In this document: piece by piece, positions 55,153 to 64,000 of the stretch
Numbering within the stretch: the first letter of the stretch is position 1
Layout: the number at the start of each line of letters is the position of its first letter
Assembly (NCBI GenBank): GCA_012295275.1
Contig: CM022674.1
Location: 14,198,001 to 14,262,000 of the forward strand
Length of the DNA stretch: 64,000 bases
Source of the DNA: Chrysomallon squamiferum
Lineage: Eukaryota; Animalia; Mollusca
Reading direction: 5' to 3'
Program-made: the position numbers and the translations under genes
The notes under the pieces: model-generated
Told to the model about the DNA's origin: nothing
Databases searched by the model: none
The model's input: only the letters and a program-made list of their open reading frames with translations

Positions 55153-55570
55153 ATGTATGTATGTATGTATGTACGTATGTATGTATGTATGTATGTATGT
55201 ATGTATGTATGTATGTATGTACGTATGTATGTATGTATGTATGTATGTACGTATGTATGTATGTATGTATGTATGTATGTATGTATGTATGTATGTATGT
55301 ATGTATGTATGTATGTATGTATGTATGTATGTATGTATGTATGTATGTATGTATGTATGTATGTATGTATGTATGTATGTATGTATGTATGTATGTATGT
55401 ATGTATGTATGTATGTATGTATGTATGTATGTATGTATGTATGATGTATTTATGTATGTATGTATGTATGTATGTATGTATGTATGTATGTATGTATGTA
55501 TGTATGTATGTATGTATGTATGTATGTATGTATGTATGTATGTATGTATGTATGTACGTATGTATGTATG
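55153..55570. repeat. (TATG)n microsatellite, ~420 bp
   Basis: Direct reading of the sequence. Confidence 0.97.
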
Positions 55571-56702
55571 AGATGTTTATGTAGGAGTTTGAATATATAA
55601 TGAGTGTAAGTATGTGCATATAATTAATATATGTATATACGTAGATAGGTGTACATCTATGTGTATTGCGTATGTTTATGTATGTATATATGTGTGTGTG
55701 TGTATGTGCGTGTGTTTGAGATATGATGGTATTGTTTAGAACGTGTATAAGAGCATTTATATTTCTGTGTTAACCAAGATTAACAAAACATTTAATATAG
55801 AAGAGATAAAACAATATATATATATATATAATATGCGTGTGTGTATGTATGTGTCTGTGTATGTATAAATATAGAGATATTTAGAAAAAAAGAAAGAAAG
55901 AAAAATAAAAGAATAGAAAAATGAAAAAGTTAAAAGATGCTAACAAATGGTTACTATGCAAGAAAGAACATCTCTGACTGAATTTAAAATTATTGTTCAG
56001 ATTCTTCTTCTTTTTTTTTTTTTTTTTTTTTTTTTGTAGAATTTTTAAGTGAGTCGTGCTAAATAAAGAACTAATTTGTGTGCAGCGAGCAGAATAATCC
56101 CAGTCGTCTGTTGAAGACAACAAGCTGTTGACAGAGTTGTTGTTCTTGAAAGATGGCGCTGCTTATTTTGATTCACGAATGTTTATTCAATTTGCATTGA
56201 TTAGACAGATAAAAATAGAAACACAAGATAGGGGAACAAATAAAAATAAAAATAAATAAATAAAATTAAATTAAAATAAAAAATATAAAAAATGACCAAG
56301 AAAAAGGAAAAAGAGGAACTTAATTATTTTGTGATTAAATTGAAAAAGTCAGGGATTTTTTTTTCTTGTTTTCAGTGAACGATCGAAAAACAAAAAATAA
56401 ATAAAATAAATAAAAAATAGTTAATTTGATTAAGAAATACAAAAATTAAAAAATTAAAAATCTTTGCCAATGACTTCATTTTCTCGTCTTTTCTTCAGTC
56501 AGCAGTTTTTACATGTAAAATCTTTAAAGCAAACTGAACAAGATGGAAACGTAGTCACGTGGTTAGAGCGTTCTAGAAATAACCACTAGCGACGCGTAAA
56601 ATATTTTCTCGTTCCAACCAGAGCTTTGTTATTGTTGTTGTTATAATTATTTTAGTCTGTTTGATTATACATATTTTTAAATTGCTCTCTCACTATTTGC
56701 CC

Positions 56703-56705
<3 letters not shown>

Positions 56706-56800
<95 letters not shown>
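56706..56800. repeat. (TC)n microsatellite
   Basis: Direct reading of the sequence. Confidence 0.96.
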
Positions 56801-56801
<1 letters not shown>

Positions 56802-57004
56802 TACCTTTTTTCTTTTTTAAGCCAGTAAACGTGTTTTCCAGTTTTATGTTTTGTTTACTGTGATGAGTCGCACGTAAACAACTTTGTTCTTTGTCTCGAT
56901 GACCCACGCAGTCTGTGCATGTTTTCGTTTCAAACTTCGACGAAGTGGAATTGTAGGAGTTCCCGTTTATTTTCATATCCCCGCCAAATTCCTTCATCCA
57001 TTAA

Positions 57005-57285
57005 CCACACCCACACACACACACACACACACACACCACACACACACACACACACACTCTAAACACACACAAACTCAAAACACACACACACTCTAAAACA
57101 CACACAAACTCAAAACACCCACACACACACAAAAAACACAAACACACAAAACACACACTCAAAACACACACACACTCAAAACACACACACACTCAAAACA
57201 CACAAACCCCACACACACACACAACCACAGACACACACACACACACACACACACAACACAAACACACACACACACAAACACAAAC
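57005..57285. repeat. (CA)n-derived complex repeat with CTCAAAA punctuation
   Basis: Direct reading of the sequence. Confidence 0.9.
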
Positions 57286-57766
57286 GCGATCGATTGTGAA
57301 TTATTATTAAGATGCAATTCGATTGAAAAATGCGGTGTATTCTGGGCGCGTTCGATTGTTGTTCCGCTCGCAACTTGGAAAAGAAATAAGCCTTAATGCA
57401 AATGAGTATTTTCCAGATGTTGATTTACAAAGCAGCCACAAACTTCTTGTTGTAAACAAAATTCGTCACTTCAGTGCAATTTCACTTTTCTCACAGAGCA
57501 CTGAGAGAATAAAACCTGACAGGAATCTTTAATACGTACCAGTCTTACTATAGGTGGCGTGTGCGTTTCATAAACATAATTATCATTTAATTATATCTAT
57601 TTGTTTATTTATTACACGTCATTCTCTTAAGAATACTAACAGCTCAGTTCTTCATTGAAAATAAATAAGTAAACATTAGCAACAAAGATGACAAAACACA
57701 GGCACCAACAGATAGCTATCCTAATAAAGAGACTTTCATTAAAAAACCAACACAAAACAACAACCT

Positions 57767-57930
57767 GTGTACGTACGTGTGTTTGTATGTATGTGTGTAC
57801 GTGTGTGTGTTTGTATGTATGTGTGTACGTGCGAGTGTTTGTATGTATGTGTGTTACGTGCGTGTGTTTGTATGTATGTGTGTACGTGCGTGTGTTTGTA
57901 TGTATGTGTGTACGTGTGTGTACGTGTGTG
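57767..57930. repeat. 28-bp GT-derived minisatellite, ~5-6 copies
   Basis: Unit GTACGTGYGTGTGTTTGTATGTATGTGT; starts at 57797 and 57825. Confidence 0.9.
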
Positions 57931-58488
57931 GTGGTGTTTATCCACATACACAGACAAACATAGGACACAAGAATACAAATCAGTATGAAATAAACTGAGA
58001 GTAAACAGAAAGTTTCGTAATCATACCTAAAACTGTTTACACAGTCAAACACAGCGTGTTACATATCTTCACAAACATCTGCACGGACAAGTTAAATTAC
58101 TGAAGATAACATCTTACAGCGGAAAGGATATCAAACGCATGCGTAAACCTTCACGAACGCCTGTCAGTGAACGAGTCGACATATTCTGAAGTTGTTACGT
58201 GGTAATACAGAATTATCTAGTTGTTGCAGAAAGTGGTTATAGATTAGCGTCGTTAATAACGGAAATTATCAAACTTCGTGCAGCCCTTTTCTCATTTCTG
58301 TTTCGAGTAGCAGTACCACCTAACGTGATTGCTGCTATAAATAGTACTCTAACTCACGTAATTAGCCGAACTGGGGCGATTGTCACCGAAAGCGAAGCGG
58401 ACAATTACGAGTTTATTGACAGCCGAAACAGACGATTATATTTGTAGATGTTTTTAATTCACCATCACAATTATTATTATTATTATTA

Positions 58489-58527
<39 letters not shown>

Positions 58528-58813
58528 GTTAATGTTGCTGCGGTTGTTGTTTTGTTATCGTTGCTGGTTTTGTATCTGAAATGTATTTATTTATACATAA
58601 CTGTAATTCTACTAGTAACAGAAGTAGACATAGTCGTCACAGTAGCAGTAACAGCACTACTAGTAGTAGCTGTTGTCGTAGTATTGGTAGTACATTATAA
58701 TTTTTGTAATAGTAGTAGTAGAAGTAGTAACAGTATTAGTAGTAACACTACTAGCAGCAATAGTAATAGTGCTAATCGCCGTAGCTATAATAGTCGTCAT
58801 TATCGTCGCCATG

Positions 58814-60260
58814 GTAGTAGTAGTAGTAGTAGTAGTAGCAGATTAGTAATTCTTGTAATAGTAGTAGCAGCAGATTAGTAATTCTTGTAGTAGTAGTAGT
58901 AGCAGATTAGTAATTATTGTAATAGTAGTAGCAGATTAGTAATTCTTGTAATAGTAGTAGCAGATTAGTAATTCTTGTAATAGTAGTAGCAGATTAGTAA
59001 TTATTGTAGTAGTAGTAGCAGCAGATTAGTAATTATTGTAGTAGTAGTAGCAGATTAGTAATTATTGTAATAGTAGTAGCAGCAGATTAGTAATTCTTGT
59101 AATAGTAGTAGCAGCAGATTAGTAATTATTGTAATAGTAGTAGCAGATTAGTAATTCTTGTAATAGTAGTAGCAGATTAGTAATTATTGTAGTAGTAGTA
59201 GTAGCAGATTAGTAATTCTTGTAATAGTAGTAGCAGCAGATTAGTAATTCTTGTAATAGTAGTAGCAGCAGATTAGTAATTATTGTAGTAGTAGTAGTAG
59301 TAGTAGTAGCAGCAGATTAGTAATTATTGTAGTAATAGTAGCAGCAGATTAGTAATTCTTGTAATAGTAGCAGCAGATTAGTAATTATTGTAGTAGTAGT
59401 AGTAGCAGATTAGTAATTATTGTAATAGTAGTAGCAGCAGATTAGTAATTATTGTAATAGTAGTAGCAGCAGATTAGTAATTCTTGTAGTAATAGTAGTA
59501 GCAGCAGATTAGTAATTCTTGTAGTAGTAGTAGTAGCAGCAGATTAGTAATTATTGTAATAGTAGTAGTAGCAGATTAGTAATTATTGTAGTAGTAGTAG
59601 TAGCAGATTAGTAATTCTTGTAGTAATAGTAGTAGCAGCAGATTAGTAATTGTAGTAGTAGTAGCAGCAGATTAGTAATTCTTGTAATAGTAGTAGCAGC
59701 AGAAGTAATTATTGTAGTAGTAGTAGCAGCAGATTAGTAATTATTGTAGTAGTAGCAGCAGATTAGTAATTCTTGTAGTAGTAGTAGCAGCAGATTAGTA
59801 ATTATTGTAATAGTAGTAGCAGCAGATTAGTAATTCTTGTAATAGTAGTAGCAGCAGATTAGTAATTCTTGTAGTAGTAGTAGCAGCAGATTAGTAATTC
59901 TTGTAGTAGTAGTAGTAGCAGCAGATTAGTAATTATTGTAGTAGTAGTAGCAGCAGATTAGTAATTATTGTAGTAGTAGTAGCAGCAGATTAGTAATTAT
60001 TGTAGTAGTAGCAGCAGATTAGTAATTCTTGTAGTAGTAGCAGCAGATTAGTAATTATTGTAGTAGTAGTAGCAGCAGATTAGTAATTATTGTAATAGTA
60101 GTAGCAGCAGATTAGTAATTCTTGTAATAGTAGTAGCAGATTAGTAATTATTGTAATAGTAGTAGCAGCAGATTAGTAATTATTGTAATAGTAGTAGCAG
60201 CAGATTAGTAATTCTTGTAATAGTAGTAGCAGATTAGTAATTCTTGTAGTAGTAGTAGCA
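58814..60260. repeat. Variable-length minisatellite (mostly ~29-35 bp), ~40-45 copies
   Basis: Constant core GCAGATTAGTAATTMTTG separated by variable numbers of TAG/TAA/CAG triplets. Confidence 0.96.
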
Positions 60261-61108
60261 GTAGTAGAAGAAAGAGTTACGGTAGTAGGAGCAAACTTTG
60301 TAATAGAAATTGTTGTCACAGATGTTGTATTGGTTGTAGTAGCTGATGTAGTAGCTGCAGTAATAATGGACGAACTGTAGTAAAATCTGTAATGGTTTAA
60401 AACTGAGATGAACAGTACAAGAAAAATCTTCATGTTTTCCTTTTCTGTTTTAGTTTTCTTTTTTCTTTTCTTATATTTTTATTTATATATTTATTATTAT
60501 AATTATTATTATTATTATTTTACTGTCAATATTAATACTATTGTTGTTGTTCCTTTACTTTTTTATTATTGTTTTTTTCTTTCTTTCTTTCTTTCTTTCT
60601 TTTACATGCCGGCTGAAACGTGTGAAAAAGGAATATCTGGTGCGAGTTCTGTGTGAGGTGAAAAGTGAGTTAGTGAAAGTCAATTGACACTTTGTTTCTG
60701 CAGTTCACGACAGAGTCCGTGGGCAAGAGCCCCATTCCGAGGAAATTCTGTTTTCTTTGAACTGACGTAATTGTACCCAAAATAGCAGCTTAATGAACCG
60801 TCGAGTGAAGGGAACAGTGCCAGGTTTGTCCGCCCTTCACGCGAAACATTGCACGAGGAGCGATTCAGAAGAAATGTCATCTTCTCGGGATTTCTTTTTG
60901 TTTTTTTCTTTTCGTCAACTGTGAAATTGAAGATTTTGTAATGTAGTCGTTTACGAGATTTTTTTATCCCCGTATTTTTATTTATTTATTATTTATTTTA
61001 ATTAATTATTATCATATTTGAATATTTTTGATTCTTGTTAATGATTATTTTGTAAAAGTAAAATTCAAAATTGTCTTTGAAAAGTTCAAATAATCCCAGA
61101 AATATATA

Positions 61109-61349
61109 TATGTGTGTATGTGTGTGTGTATGTGTGTGTATGTGTGTGTGTATGTGTGTATGTGTGTGTATGTGTGCGTGTATGTGTATGTGTGTGCGTG
61201 TATGTGTATGTGTGTGTATGTGTGCGTGTATGTGTGTATGTATGTGTATGTGTGTGTATGTGTCTGCGTGTGTGTGCGTGGTTATGTGTGTGCGTGTATG
61301 TGTGTGTGGTTATGTGTGTGCGTGTATGTGTATGTGTATGTGTGTGTGT
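61109..61349. repeat. (GT)n/(GTAT)n compound microsatellite
   Basis: Direct reading of the sequence. Confidence 0.93.
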
Positions 61350-61498
61350 TTTAATTTATGTACTTTTCCACTTATAACTCATTTATTTGGTTAGTGTGTA
61401 GTATTTGTATATATCTATAATACATACATTTATTTGGTTAGTTATTTCTGTAGTATGTGTGTATGTATGGATTATTATTATTATTATTAATTATGAAA

Positions 61499-61697
61499 CA
61501 CAGATATAAACAATGAAACAAACACTAGTTATTAAATCACAGATATAACAATGAAACAAATACTAGTTATTAAATCACAGATATAACAATGAAACAAATA
61601 CTAGTTATTAAATCACAGATATATCAATGAAACAACTACTAGTTATTAAATCACAGATATAACAATGAAACAAACACTAGTTATTAAATCACAGATA
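61499..61697. repeat. 38-bp minisatellite, ~5 copies
   Basis: Unit CACAGATATAACAATGAAACAAAYACTAGTTATTAAAT; starts at 61538 and 61576. Confidence 0.96.
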
Positions 61698-61899
61698 CAG
61701 ACAACGAAACAGAAAGTAATTTATTTTTATTACCTACATTGTATTACTTCTTGAGACTGTTTGAAAAACTCATTACAGAGAATTAAACTGCCCGAGGCAC
61801 CACGGAGAAATTGTGTTTTACAGAGAATCTCAGCAGAATCTGCAAACTGGCGAAACGAGCGAGCAGACTGACAAGTGGGTTGGTTCTGTTTTCTCTCAC

Positions 61900-61990
61900 C
61901 TCGTCTTGCTAAACACCACGACTCTTGTCTGGAATTGTCGTCGTTTCCGCTGTAGCTGGCTGCCTCGTTGAAACGCTGTCGAGTTGTCAT
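61900..61990 (-). CDS. Weak candidate coding exon (MTTRQRFNEAASYSGNDDNSRQESWCLARR...), product unknown
   Basis: ATG-initiated, non-repetitive 86-codon ORF (61730-61990) with donor-like sites GAG|gtgaga after 61900 and TAG|gtaata after 61734. No recognisable domain. Confidence 0.15.
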
Positions 61991-62153
61991 TGTAAAACTT
62001 TCATTTATAGTGCAAACATCTTGTGTGCTTCAGAATAGTTTCTGAGTGTCTGTGTCTTTGTGTCTGTCTGTCACCCTTCCTCTGTCTGTCTCTGCTTTCT
62101 CTAAGATATATCCATTCTCTTTTCTTTCCTTTTTTGCATATACAGGCATACAG

Positions 62154-62316
<163 letters not shown>

Positions 62317-62768
62317 AGTGCGGGGATAAAATCACAAAGGACAAAATGTCAGCAGTTTATTGTGATTATAAACAAAAGCCCAGATGTTGATTTTAAAAAT
62401 GTTCATACTATAACTAATATCGACGTGTGTTATATATTTAAAATCCAGCCTGTATACATGAGTGTTTTTTTTTTATATGTGAGCATTTTAAATAAATGTA
62501 AGAAGCTATGGCATGATCATATCGCTGGTTGTTTGTAAATGTATTACATGTAAAGACAGAGAAAGTCTAGAAACTTCTCAGTCCACGTACACTTTGTGAT
62601 TTACTAGACATTCTCAAACAGCCAGTCACGAAGTGAAGCAAGCTGTTGACTTCAGGAAACAAAATTTTTTATTTTAGTTCCACACTTTTCGTCTAGACGA
62701 GAATATCCTTTTCTCGACATTTTGTTTTTGTTTTGTTTTTTTCATTAAAATGAGTTGACAGTTGTCTG

Positions 62769-62782
62769 CCGCCAGGGGGCGC
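62769..62782 (+). promoter_or_regulatory. CTCF-like binding motif
   Basis: CCGCCAGGGGGCGC, a near-perfect match to the CTCF core consensus in otherwise AT-rich DNA. Confidence 0.5.
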
Positions 62783-63356
62783 GAGTGTGGATCTGTCAGC
62801 TGTTTCTAAGTGATGACAGATTAGTCAGTTTTACGACTCTTCCCTGTTTACGACTGTTTTATCTTTGACGTTTAATGGAAGTCACAATTTCCCGGAAATA
62901 AATAAATAACTTTGCTAAATAAATGAATATAGCGTAAGCAGAGAATCGTCTGCTACTTATGTGATCTATAAATAGAACTTGTGTACAGTTATAACAACTG
63001 CTGTTTCTGGTATTTATTTGATAAAAGCAAATTTTTCATTTGTCTCTCAAGATTGAGAGGTGAGACAACTATTGTCATATTTTGTACGGATTTTGATTAA
63101 TATGAAGATTACTTTGATGATAATTAATGTTTGTATTTTATGTGCAAAGATTGTTTTTACATGAGTGAATGGATGTTTGTGTGTGCGTGTGAGAAAGGGG
63201 GAGACAGAATGAGAAAGAGAAGTAGAAACAGAGAGTGAGAGATTTCTATACAAACAGCTAGACTGAGGTGTGCAAACTTAGTTCAATATGAAGAATGTTT
63301 AGAAGTTAGTTGAAGTTTATTTCTTCATATATAAAGACTGCTTCTGCTTGTTTTGG

Positions 63357-64000
63357 GTGTGTGTATGTCTCTGTATATGTGTGTGTGTGTATGTGTGTAC
63401 GTGTAACTGTATATGTGTGTACGTGTAACTGTATATGTGTGTGTCTGTATGTGTGTACGTGTAACTGTATATGTGTGTGTCTGTATGTGTGTACGTATAA
63501 CTGTATATGTGTGTGTGTAACTGTATATGTGTGTGTCTGTATGTGTGTACGTGTAACTGTATATGTGTGTGTCTGTATGTGTGTGAAGGTCTCTGTATAT
63601 GTGTGTGTCTGTATGTGTGTGTATGTCTCTGTATATGTGTGTGTCTGTATGTGTGTACGTGTAACTGTATATGTGTGTTTCTGTGTATGTGTGTATGTAA
63701 CTGTATATGTGTGTTTCTGTATGTGTGTGTGTAACTGATATGTGTGTACGTGTAACTGTATATGTGTGTGTCTGTATGTGTGTGAAGGTCTCTGTATATG
63801 TGTGTGTCTGTATGTGTGTGTATGTAACTGTATATGTGTGTGTATGTATGTGTGTACGTGTAACTGTATATGTGTGTGTCTGTTTGTGTGTACGTGTAAC
63901 TGTATATGTGTGTGTATGTATGTGTGTACGTGTAACTGTATATGTGTGTGTCTGTATGTGTGTACGTGTAACTGTATATGTGTGTGTCTGTATGTGTGTA
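63357..64000. repeat. 36-bp GT-derived minisatellite running off the window end
   Basis: Unit GTGTAACTGTATATGTGTGTGTCTGTATGTGTGTAC; starts at 63423 and 63459. Confidence 0.95.

Noticed and set aside
58199-58447. 82-aa non-repetitive ORF
   Set aside because: Starts at GTG, lacks clear splice boundaries and resembles no domain I know.
58814-60260. CRISPR-like constant repeat with variable spacers
   Set aside because: Spacers are only TAG/CAG triplets rather than unique sequence, there are no cas genes, and the context is eukaryotic.
61796-61812. REST/RE1-like core GCACCACGGAGA
   Set aside because: Both outer halves of the consensus are missing, and the canonical RE1 system is mainly vertebrate.

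Overview
AT-rich eukaryotic non-coding DNA, either a very long intron or an intergenic region. Frequent CpG in the unique segments, CTCF-like motifs and extreme microsatellite load suggest a bilaterian invertebrate, possibly a mollusc; this is inference only. I found no recognisable protein-coding gene, rRNA, intact tRNA or CRISPR array. The long ORFs in the track come from simple repeats or minisatellites that lack stop codons. A large part of the window is tandem repeat: dozens of microsatellites and about 17 unrelated minisatellite arrays (units 18-68 bp). The best-supported discrete elements are (1) a 338-bp pogo/Tigger-like MITE with 23-bp TIRs and a TA duplication (26331-26668) and (2) a pair of ~130-140-bp inverted repeats 3 kb apart (35930-36070 and 39119-39247) from a small dispersed family. 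Unique islands between the repeats carry clusters of palindromic transcription-factor motifs (RFX X-boxes, CTCF, CRE, TCACGTGA, ETS/YY1, NRF1, forkhead), consistent with the regulatory landscape of a large gene whose exons I cannot identify. Several stretches look like blended assembly-consensus artefacts. I do not see convincing evidence of a new biological system; the findings are leads ranked by how well the sequence supports them.
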